From Lama guanicoe (lineage: Eukaryota), in the NCBI GenBank assembly GCA_013239625.1, contig MU053652.1, positions 806,001 to 870,000 on the forward strand: 64,000 bases of DNA, read 5' to 3'. The notes below the pieces were generated by a model, which worked only from the letters and a program-made list of their open reading frames with translations, made no database searches and was not told where the DNA came from. A program made the position numbers and the translations under genes. Positions 25,612-37,190 of the stretch are shown one piece after another (the stretch's first letter is position 1; the number at the start of each line of letters is the position of its first letter).

Positions 25612-28479
25612 CTTCTCAAAGAAAGAAGTAGGACAGAAAAGAGAAAATACTCCCAAAGTCGTCCCAGAAACTCCAGCATAAACCCCCATGATAAGGAAGA
25701 ATTTTCCACGAAAAACATGCATATTGTTCTCCTCTGAAATCCACAAACACATTAGAAAACAATACCAGCATATTATTCTCACTTAGAAGGAACTATGATA
25801 AAATCTAAAACAGGTTAAGATGTCTTTCTTGGTCTCAATAGACATAATTTCCACTGGTTTGACCTTGGAAATATTAACCTAACAATAGTAGCTGTTCTGG
25901 GAAAGGAAAAGGCAGCTCCATGAAAACTCAACAAACACACCTAGGAGTCACATTTTCGTCATCCCAAAACACTTACCACCCTAAGGTACCACTACAGTGA
26001 CAATATGAGGTCCTCCCAAGAACCATGGCCCCTGTGGTAGGAAAGTAGTAACTAACATATAACCTGCAATGGACAATTCAAATGGCTATACGTCACACAC
26101 AATGGAATAGGTCAAAGCTCTATGTCTGTTTCAAGTGCCCAAAAACAGAGTAACTTTTTGAAATTCTAAACAGGAGATTAAAACATTCGTAAAACAACAT
26201 TTTAAAAATGGTCTGATACGTTTTGATAATTCAAGCTCTACACCTAAGAGATGGCAGTTTATAAGTCAGATACTTTCAATATGCTAAGAAAGAACTCATC
26301 ATTGAAAGGAGTCTTCAAGTAAGATTTGAGTTGTCTGGGACCATGCCAAGGGAAAACATAGCAGTAAACCATGATTTCAACATCACATGGACCTACCCAA
26401 ACTAATTTCTGTATGAGCCATTAAGAAGTTTAAATCCTTACTGAATGTAATATGTAGCACCTGCTTTTAATAGTGCTAACTGTCATCTGCCATTTATGTT
26501 ATGAGATTATAAACTTTAAGCTTTCTTTCTGGCATGGTCTTTTCCTTTAACCTCTCCCAGAAGTGGGTCGCCTCAAGCAATCAGTACCTAAGATGTGGTG
26601 GCTTATTATAGTTATTAGCTGGAATTTTAACTGAGGGTAAATCCCAATTATCATTACGATGCAGCTTTAGTAGCATTTCTGTGTGGCATCAGGCATAAAA
26701 GCAAACGCAAAGTCGAGAGTGAAACACCAGTAGGCAACCCTGACTTGATTCAGAAATGAAATGGTGCAGATGCCCCTCAAATGAGATAGTTTCTGAAAAC
26801 AGTTCAAAACCAAACAGTTGATCATGGCTTTCATATGGCCCTATCACAGACCCTCGGGCAGACAGGCTCCTACTTATTTTAGTCACTCATAAAATGAAAT
26901 TACTTAAAATCATGTGTGTGCAAGGACTTTACAAAGGGAAATTTGAGACAGATTCTGCGCATTTAAAATGCTCTGTGGCTGACAAACACCTTTCCCCTCT
27001 CCAAACAATGAATTTTCTATTTTCTACACGACTATGCCATCTCAACTTTTTAAAAAACATCTGCACACACAATTATGATTCAGTTGAAACAAAGACAGTA
27101 CCACTATAATTGTGCCCAATGAGCCCAAAATATTAAACTTTTATTTTCAAGTAGAGCTTTCATCACTCCCTCTTCCAATGCGGTATATATGATAATATCT
27201 TATTTGTTATTCAGAGGGGAAGAGTTCCATACAAAATGAATGACTTCAATTGCCTTATAAATAAAACATAGATAAATGTCTTGGTAAAATAAATTAAAGG
27301 AGCATTTGTATTTGATCACTCCATCATATTACTGTCTTCAACTACAAGCAGGAGAAGCTGTTATTGTGTATTTCCTGAAATTCATTATGTGAAAAGTCCA
27401 TAATGGAGAAAAATCACTACTAAGTTATGGCTGAAACTCAAAGCACACATATAATGCACCTCAGAGAGACTGAAAACTCAGAAAAGATAATGGTGGCCCA
27501 CATCTTTAGTTTGGGGGTTTGTTTCTATGGGGAAAGCTTTTGCTAGCTTTACTGTTTTAAAAATTAAGCTGTAACACATCCGTGAAGGTTGATATTAAAC
27601 TCCACTTTCATGTCAAGATTTTTAAAAATGGCTGAAGAATACAGTTTTGATGAAATGCCTTTTCTGATTTTGATTTAATAAATAGGAGTCATGAGAAAAA
27701 CTACTTAAATCCATTTTTAAGGAGAGCTGAATCCACACCATTATTATATTATATTGTTAGTTACAAATACAATGTGAAACAGATTGGAATAAACAACAAA
27801 TAATAAACAAAGGAGATTTTGCTCTGGGGTGGATTCTAGGTTACCCTTCATTTTCCCTATTATTGTTGAAATACATTAGGGGCAATACAAATTTCAAAAA
27901 CTATAGAAATAAATAAGGAACAGAGAGTTTAAGAGGAAGCATGTTTAAATAGAAATGACAAACTATTTTTAGTGAGAAAAGTAGGAAAGAAAAAGCTTTT
28001 TTCCCACGTGCTCCAGCAGACTGATTTGCAAACAAAATATTAATTACAACCATTATGAAAGACTAGGTAAAATAAAAGTCATCCAATTCCAAAGGATTTC
28101 AAATTTTCAACTAGTATTTCCCACAGCATAAAGAGCTTTAGAAGATGATTAAAATAACAGTAAGTGTATTCAACGTAATAAAAGTGAGAGCCCGATTCAT
28201 ACAAATGTCACTGTGCAAATTTGTGAACACTGTCATTTCCACAAGCCAATATTAAGTTGGCTCAGTTTACCATCCAGATCATGCAATTACTAGCCCTGAA
28301 GGGTCAGCATTCTGCGTAACATCCTTTTATTTATTTTATACACCCTCACCAGCAGTGATTGTTCTGCACTTGAAGCTTATTTCCCATCATTTTAGGGCTA
28401 TCTTAAACACATACTTGGTTGATTTTTATGGCGAAGTGGGGAAAGGCATAAATGAAATCAAAAACTTCAGTCTCTCTGT

Positions 28480-28650
28480 TAAGCCTGTTGTGGGGAGGGA
28501 AAGAGAGTGAGAGAGGGAAAAAGAGGAAGCAGGGACAGAGGGAGGGAAAGATAAAGGGAAAAAGGAGAGTGATGAAACAAGCCAGGAGAAATGAAGGCAG
28601 GACTTCAGGAACTGAAAGGGAGAAGAATTAGCAAGAGCAACAGAAAGAGC
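28480..28650. repeat. GA-rich low-complexity tract
   Basis: Nearly pure purine run on the + strand. Confidence 0.7.
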
Positions 28651-29104
28651 TCCCATAATTAATTTACATAAACTAATAACTGGATAATCTGCTTTATAAT
28701 GTGACTTCAATAACCATTTACTTTTCATTAGGATATGTATTTTTTTCTTTTAAAATATCCTGCACCAAATATTGCACTTGGAGCAAATAAAATTTGTACA
28801 GTATTTTAACTGAGCACTGTTTTTCCCCGTTTCTCAAATCAGCTTCATCAACTGACAAATGTATTTGTCAACATTTCTCATCTCAGTAAAAAAGGGGCCC
28901 ATGATCCAATGTCTTCATACTCAGATGCTACTGGATTCCTTCTATGAGCTAGATTCTGTGCTTGTCCCTGAAAACATCAAAATAAGTAAGGTACCTCCAC
29001 TGAATGAGACAGACACAGGAACAGTAATAAAAACAAATGAGTTAAGTATATTAAGAGACATGCACAGGTCTTCTGGTGCATCCAAAAGAGTCTCATATCT
29101 GGTT

Positions 29105-29535
29105 AAGAATGAAATGTTGCCATTTGTCACAACATGGACGGACCCAGAGAGTATTATGCTTAGTAAAGTAAGTCAGAGAGAAACAGACAAATACTGTATG
29201 TTTTCACTTCTATGTGGAATCTGAAAAAATAAAACAAATGAACAAATATAATAAAACAGAAATAGCCTCACCAATACAGAGAACAAACTAGTGGTTACCA
29301 GAGGGGTGGTGGAGGGGCCAAATAGGTGAAGGGGATTAAAAGGTACAAACTACCAGGTTTAAAGTAAGTGAGTTACAAGTATGTAACATACAGCACAGGG
29401 TATATAGTCAATTTTTTATAATAACTTTGTACTGAGTATAAACTATAAAAATATCTAATTACTATGCTATACACCTGAAACTAATGTAACACTGTAAGTC
29501 AACTATACTTTAATAAAAATAAGTAAAATCAATAA
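29105..29535 (+). mobile_element. 5'-truncated L1 3' end
   Basis: KNEMLPFVTTWTDPESIMLSKVSQRETDKYCMFSLLCGI (end of ORF 28859-29224) is the typical L1 ORF2-end/3' region, followed by a 3' UTR and A-rich tail. Confidence 0.88.
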
Positions 29536-29711
29536 ACAGTTTCTCAAATATTCTGAACTGGCTTTACCAATCTGCTGGCTTCCAATTAATTAAATAAATC
29601 TTTCACATATGTTCATTTAAAAAATTAAAAATAAAAACAGATACAGTATCAAGCTGTTGGGAGGAAAAAAAACTTTAGCTTTCCCATCATCTTTTCAATT
29701 TATTGTGTTTA

Positions 29712-29828
29712 TTAGGGTAATGGTTGTACAACTCTGTGCATATCCTAAAAACCAGTGAGTTGTATATTTTAAATAGGTTATTTGTATGCTCATGTGAATT
29801 ATATGTCAATAAAGCTGTGTTTTAAAAA
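29712..29828 (+). mobile_element. Old L1M 3' terminal fragment
   Basis: ggtaatggttgtacaactctgtgcatatcctaaaaaccagtgagttgtatattttaaa...tcaataaagctg. Confidence 0.7.
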
Positions 29829-29929
29829 GTAAAAACATGCAAAATATCACAACAAAACAAAAAGCACCCCCAAACCTACTAGTGTTCAGATAGTTACCAT
29901 AACCTGTCATATGAACCACATAGGAGACC

Positions 29930-30470
29930 GTCATTTCAGTATTGAAACATCAAAATCCTTCCAGTATTTTTTAAAGCAGTGCCATTGAGCAATGATTCAA
30001 TTCAAAGATGTATTGATGAGATGTCAATTAACAAAGACAAATTTTTTATTCAGATTGATGAAACCACAGTTACTGACAATAAGGCTCCTCAATGGCATAT
30101 TTTCATTATTTTGATCACGATTATAAATTGTAAGAAGACACGCTGTTGGTGAATTCTTTAGAAACTGGCTGTACTAAAGCATCTATTTTTGCTACTATAA
30201 AAACCTGACTTGATGAAACCCAAGTGCCACTGGAAAATTCAGCGTCCTGTGCTCCACTGATGGAGCGACCTCCACAGTTGAAAGATGTAAAGATTTGATA
30301 GTCTGCCTAAAGAAAGTACGTTCTCAAGTTCTTGAAGCGCATTGTATTGTGCATCAGTATTAACAAGTTGCAAAAAGATATTAGCCCAGTTCTTTATCCC
30401 TCTCACAGTATAATAATTAAACCACCCTCTCACAGTATAATAATTAAACCAACAGTAATATAAAGTCGCA
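29930..30470 (+). mobile_element. Fossil hAT (Charlie/Buster-type) transposase fragment
   Basis: Manual translation with frameshifts and stops: KAVPLSNDSIQRCIDEMS..KFFIQIDETTVTDNKA..MAYFHY..STDGATSTV..LEAHCIVHQ, showing the DE(S/T)T, TDGA and CxxH motifs of hAT transposases. Confidence 0.85.
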
Positions 30471-32469
30471 TGACAAAAAAATAAGCAGCTAGTAATTACA
30501 ATAAACTATCTTGTAGAGATGTGTACAAAAGCAACAACATGCTCTTAAAATTTTATTTTTTGACAATTAAAAACCAGACTTCAACACTTGGTTTATCAAT
30601 CTGAATTTCTCAATAATAAAGAATAAAGTAGTGGTGGCACCAAAAATTTTGGAATGTTCTTAGTCCGCTGCATCAGAAAAAATTTTTGTATATGCAGAGA
30701 ATATAACTTACCATAAAATATAAAAAATATTGAATCAAGAATAATCCACACTCTCCTGGGGGATCCAGATTTTTCTCATTAGAGGATCTGGTGTCTAGCA
30801 CCCACAAGTCTAAGCCCAGAGCTTCACTGCTATCTAATTAACCCAAAAATGTGAGCCTATACTTCGCTATAAATTTCTATATTTTCTCTACTCTCTTTTT
30901 AAGAACGTTGATGCATCTTGTTGCCTCCTCTAATCTAGACTAGGTAGCCTCTCATTTATAATTTAGATACTGAAACAGTTTTCTGGTGCTGCACAACAGT
31001 ACCTCTTTGTCAAATTTTCTAGAACATTCATTCCAGAAGTGGAATGATCAGAAATTACATGAAGGAAAAAAACAGCTCCTTGTTTTAAATACAGGGATGC
31101 TCCTCTGAGTTGAATATTAGGACTAAATTAACCAACTTGAATTACATAATAGTAAGAAAATATTATCAATATCATTAATACATGAAAATCACCTAGAGCA
31201 ATGTCTGGATATTACAGACATTTAATGAAGGTTAGGTGTCACACTACATACATAAATTAACAAGCATGACATGAGACCCTGGGCCAGCCACAAATGTGCT
31301 AGAAAAACACCACTCAATAAAACAGTCAATTTTGTCCCCTGCCCAAGTACTGTCCAACAATTTGCAGAGCAGATAGAGCTCACATATATCCAGCAACTTC
31401 ATGAATCCCGATAATAATCAAGATTGGAAGTAAATAAAAAAGGCTGCTCAAGGGACAAGACAGAGGTTACAAATTTCATAAGCCTTACTCACCTCAGGTC
31501 CATTTAGTTTTATTTACAGAGAGCAACAAATTCTTATATCCAATTTCTATGTCAAAAGAAAAGAATGAGAACAAAGATTATTTGCAGCAAGTAAGCTAAG
31601 AGCAGGGGAAAAATGGCTGGCAATAAGGAAAGAAAGAAATAAGAAATAAATAAAAACCGAATATTAAATTAAATTTAAAACCAAGAACACAAAAAGGCCA
31701 GATGCTGGATGATTTGAATCTAGAACAAACAGACCTAAATCTTAATACAGTATTATATTTTAAGTCCATAATGATGACTCCAAGTTATCAATAAAAAGCT
31801 ATCTTTCATTTAAAATATTCTCTTCAAGAAGACAAGAAATACATTAACTATCTTAGAAAGCTTTAAGAAAACATAAAAAATTTAAAGATAAAAACATTAT
31901 TACACATAGGACTAAAAACTGCATATACTTTCTCTTCAACTCCAACTGCCTCCCTAATTAAAATACGCATTTGCACACTGCAATTTAGAACCGTTAAGAT
32001 GGTTCTGACTTGTCAACCCATATGAGCAACAAAACATCACAAGTATCGCATCACCAGGAGTGTCACAATAGTCACTACAGCGTCTCCTGTGATCTGTACC
32101 ACCTGGTCCATAACACAGCGAACAAACTATCATGACCATACTAATTAGTCATTTGCAGCCCTGTAGGTCCCATGATCACCTACAGTACTTTATTGAAAAT
32201 CACTCTAATTGTGTGATTTATTTTAATGTATGCTTTTAAAACAATGCTATTGCTGATATGCCTCCAGTGGTTAGATTTCTTAATAAATGATCTCTCACAG
32301 CATTTCATTTAATTCACACAGCAACTCCACAAGGAAGACTGTCATCATCTTCTACAGATAAAGAAAGCACATCTCTTAGAGATGAGCAGTTAGGCGGTTA
32401 CCTCCAGCAACCAGACTATTAAGTGGAGAAGCTAAGGCTCAAAGCCAGGTGTGTCAAAGCCTTGCAGAG

Positions 32470-32932
32470 CAAGGTTGAGCAGCAGTCTTCAGAACAGCCC
32501 AATAGTGGAAACAATCCAAATATCCATCAATGATGAATGAGCAAAATGCATTATATTCACATAACAGAATGCTATTCGTCAAGATAAAGTAATGAAATAT
32601 TGACGTATGATACAAAACAGATGAACCTTGAAAAATTATGCTAACTAAAAGAGGCCAGATACAAAAGACCACATAATTGTAAGATTCTATTTATATGAAA
32701 TGACCCAAAAGACAAACCTATAGGGACAGAAAGTAGATTAGTGATTGAGGCTGGGCCAAGGGTTTACTGTGACACAAGGGATCTTACTGGGATGACAAAT
32801 ATGTTCTAAAACTGGATTGTGGTCATGTCTGTACAACTTAGTACATTCATTTAAAATTACTAAATTGTACACTTAAAATGGGTGAATTTTATGTTATTTT
32901 AATTATGCCTCAACAAAGTTGTTAAAAATAAA
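32470..32932 (+). mobile_element. Old L1M (L1MB/ME-like) 3' end
   Basis: gcagcagtcttcagaacagcccaatagtggaaacaatccaaatatccatcaa...tgtacacttaaaatgggtgaattttatg...ctcaacaaag. Confidence 0.85.
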
Positions 32933-33112
32933 ATGTGTATGTAACTCTGAAAACATGCTACCCACTAGGAGGAAAGAGGAAAAAAGAAGTGTAAGATGAC
33001 GGATCCAGTCACACATGTGGGATGATTTATAACAAACTTACAGGGTCAGCAGTGAAAACATCTCAGGTTTTGAAGATATATCTTTCTTTAAAAGGAGACA
33101 AAATGCCACCTT

Positions 33113-33635
33113 CAGTATCAATCGCAAATTTACTTGCAAATAGCAGAAAAGCCAAATAAATTGCTTAAACCAGACAGAGGTTTATTTCTCTCTCCAATCT
33201 GAGGGTACACAGAGGGTACACAATCTGAGGGCTGGAATGACGGCTCAGTGGTCATCAGGGACTGAGGCTCCTTTCTGCTCCACCAACATCAGTGTTTGGC
33301 TCCCAATACCAAGGTGGCCTCAGTCCGAGATGGCCGCTGAAACTTGAGCTACCACATCCAAGCTCCAAGCAGAGAGAAATCAGAAGGGTTACAAATGGGT
33401 ATCTCCCAGCTGAGTCAGCTCCTTACAAAGTGTCTTCTCAGAAACCCTATCCAACTACCTCAGCTTATTTTTCATTGACCACATCCACTTGCAAAGGACA
33501 TTGGGAAACGTGTTTTTTAAGCTGGCAACATTGCCATCTAGAATACAATCAGAAGGGGAATTAAAAAAAAAAAAAAGCAGAGGAGAAGCAGGCAGGTAAA
33601 TGGATTCTGACTAGGCAACCAGCAAGTTCTGCTAA
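33113..33635 (-). mobile_element. MaLR LTR (MLT1J-like)
   Basis: ttgcaaatagcagaaaagccaaataaattgcttaaacc...gagatggccgctg...ctaggcaaccagc. Confidence 0.7.
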
Positions 33636-34222
33636 ATAAACTCCCTTTAAAATTGTTCAGGACTAAAAATAATCAAAAGAAAGTCTGGTGTTAAAACTCA
33701 CTACTAACATACTTAGCACATAGTTATCTTTTGTATAGTATTTTATTCTTCTCAAGAACGTGTGCTCCTATCACAAGCATCTAAACTGACTACTCATTTT
33801 CAATACAAAATTAGAGCCTATAACCTCTATTGGAATTAACACAGTTTGAAAGCTAGTCCTTCATCCTTTCCCTAAACATTCTCCCATCTCCAGTTCTGTA
33901 ATTCATGCATAAAACTCAAATGAAGGAGACTTGAGCAAACACCCAATTATAGAGCCCAGTAATTGTTAATTTGTTACTATAGCTACAGGTTTTATGTCAT
34001 TTGGTGGGAATGTCTCTTTTCAAATTGCTCTAGGCCCAGGGGAAAAGGTGTAAGGTTGATGATCTCTTAATGCACATGCATAATTCTATTAGGTTGATCT
34101 TCTCCAGGGAAAACAAGATAATTCCTAAGTGCTACAGTATTAAAGAGGGAACAAAAGTAGCTAGCCAGAGACAACAGGGCTATCCTAACTAGTCCCCTCT
34201 TTCCTCATTTTAGTACTAGGTG

Positions 34223-34401
34223 GAGAGGTTCTCAAAGTGAGTTCCCTGGACTATCAGCATCACATAAGAAAATATTAGAAATGCAAATTCTCAGACCGCA
34301 CCCCAGAACTACTGAATCAGAAACTCGAAATGGGATCCAGCAGTCTCTGTTTTAACAAATCCTCCAGGTCTTCTGATGCGCCCTGAAGTTGGAAAACACT
34401 C
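34223..34401. mobile_element. MER5A hAT-Charlie element
   Basis: ggttctcaaagtg...ttagaaatgcaaattctcagaccgcaccccagaactactgaatcagaaactc...tgttttaacaaatcctccagg. Confidence 0.9.
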
Positions 34402-37019
34402 TCCGGATATACTCCATAATGCAATTCTTTCACTGAAAAGACGTAAGTTTTCAAGGATCAATAAGAAATGTCATTATATGTTCAACTAGGTACCTTTGTG
34501 GCCATGGATAAAAGTTAATTGTATACTTACTGATTTTGGATTTTCAGAGGAGAGGAATTATAATGCCCTACTTTATACCTTTATACTCCTCACTGCTGGT
34601 GATAGGGGGAAAAAAGTCAACTAGTCATGCAAGAATTCTTCCAGTCATGCACAGCCATGGTAATCAGCCACCATGGTGGTAACTCCTCACGGAGGTCTTG
34701 AGGAATGGAACACAGGAGTGATTCTCATGTCTTTTACAAGAAAGACCACAGATTGGGTCGCATACTGCTAGACAAAAGAAGTGATGTCCTATTTGAATGC
34801 CAAATGCATCTTATCTTGAGAGCACATCTAAACAGAGTAAGATTCTGATTTCTGCTCCTGTTGTGGTATAACCTATAGCAAGTTACTGAACACCTGTTCT
34901 CCCTTCTAAAAAGTGCAGAAGATGCCCACTCAAATCTATCCAAAAAGGATACTATGATGATCATAGTCTACAAAGTAGACAGATTTTAGGAAGAAAAACT
35001 GGAGTCAGGTTGCTACTTATTAATGAAAATTTTGAAACACTAAATATCAAGATTTTATTGTCTTTTAAGTAAATTGATAGGAAAAGTTTTTTAGACTGCT
35101 AAGTAAGCTGAATAGCTATTCAAACTAACTCAGGATGTTCATTATTCTTCAGTTTTTTCTAGGGTGAGAAAACATTTGTAAGGACTTGGGACATTAGAAG
35201 AGATTACCCAATGAAAACTGCTTACTTAAAAATCTTTTTAAAATATTCACCCATCTGAAAGAAGTCATAATATCAAAAATATTACTAGTTTAGTGGCTTT
35301 AAAATAATTTTTACAAAAATAGTATTTTTCACCCCAAATTAAATCTTACCTAAGTGTCACAATATGGAAGAAAAAAAAGTAACTATTATCTAGAACACAC
35401 AAAAAATATCTAAAAGTCACTGAAGAAAAGCAGAAACAGACAATCCAATAAAAAGTAGGTAAGTGGTTAAGGATCAAAGAGTTTTCAACTCAGTAATAGT
35501 AATTTGGTGAAAAAACTACTAATGTCAAATAAATGCAGAAAAATGTTAAACCTGGCAAGTAATTGGGTATATACTTCAGTCACCTTTTTTAAAAACTGAT
35601 AATATCAAATGATGTCAAAGATGTAAAGATATAGACTTTTGGAGAGAGTACAAACTGACAAATTTTTTTGGGTAGTTTAGTAGCCTATTCAAATTCAAAT
35701 TTTCATATTCAAATTTTGAAGAGACTTATCATCTTACCCCAGTGTTCCTCTTCTACATACCTACATAAAGGAGTATTCACAAATGTTCATTAAAGAGTCC
35801 ACTGCAAAATTTTTGAAATAGCAAAATTTGGAAAATGTGTATATGTGAGATCATGTGATACATATTATAAATACATAGAACAGCAACCAGAAGGACGAAC
35901 CCAAATTCCTTATAGTGGATCGTCTGAGCAGAGGAACAGGCGTGAGAGGTTAAAAGGTTTTACTAAAGGCTAGGAAATTACACGCCAGTCAAGGTGAACA
36001 ACAATTTCATGTATAAAATTCAAAACACACAGGATTTTACAGATGAACACTTGAAAGAAATAAAAATCTTACACTGAATCCTAACATATAAAACAAAAAA
36101 GGAAAGACCTTAAGCCTCCCTGGTTGAAGGTTTCAAGGGAGGACTGGGAATCAGGCTTCTAAGTGATCCAGAGAACAAACAGCTTAAAAACCACTAAACT
36201 ATAGTAAGTCAGAAGATACCGCCTAGCCTCACAGGAGAATATAATGTTTTGAGGGGTTTAGTATCACTAAATCCATTCAAATTTCATTCACACACATGAG
36301 TATACTTAGATTACTAGATCACTATTGTGGAGTGTTACCTTCAACTTAAATCAATCAGACATCAATAAAGAAATTATCTTCCTAATCCATTTAGATATTC
36401 TGACATAACCTGTCTGCCAAATATAATACAACTACCAAATAAGCCAACTTCTGTGGAAGTACTCTTCATAGTATTTCTTCAGTGTATCTCCCATTTCAAG
36501 CAAAGTCTAGTTGAGGAAGATCATTTAGAAATATACAGACATTCACTGAACACACTAAGAAGGGACTGTTCATTCATCCCGTACTCAATGCCACTGATGG
36601 GCAAGACTGCACAGTGACTAAGCAGGAGGCTTCAGCAGTGGTTAACGGCAATTAAGCTGAATACAACCATAAAAAGATAGCAATTAGGATTCCCAAAGAG
36701 GAATGTGGGAAGTCATCCAAGCTACTCATCATGTGTAACACTTTTTACATTATTTCAGGGAATCCAGCTACAGAACATCAAGCTTTTGTTATTATACTAT
36801 CAAGCTTTTGTTATTACACTATCAAGCAATTAGAGAGAAATCTGAAAACATTAATGGGATTTGCAATTGTACTAAATTTTTAGAAGAATCAGAGTGAGTT
36901 TGGAGTCCTCTTAGGAACTTGGGAGATTCTGCAATCACCTGGGCCTCAAAGAAGGTTCATGAAAAAGACAGAAATTCTTGTTGTTATATATTAAAAGAAT
37001 GTTATATATTAAAAGAATG

Positions 37020-37190
37020 TACTGTATAGCACAGGGAAATATATAAAAGATCTTGTGGTAGCTCACAGCGAAAAAGAATGTGACAATGAATATATGTATG
37101 TTCATGTATAACTGAAATATTGTGCTCTACACTGGAAATTGACACAACATTGTAAACTCACTATAACTCAATACAAAAAGTTTAAAAAAA
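37020..37190 (+). mobile_element. Very short young camelid-type L1 3' end with TSD
   Basis: tactgtatagcacagggaaatatat...tgtaaactcactataactcaata plus A tail. aaaagaatg on both sides (37011-37019, 37191-37199). Confidence 0.88.

Noticed and set aside
28859..29224. 121-aa ORF ending in an L1-like peptide
   Set aside because: Chance fusion of intronic/L2-like sequence with an L1 3' fragment; not a gene.
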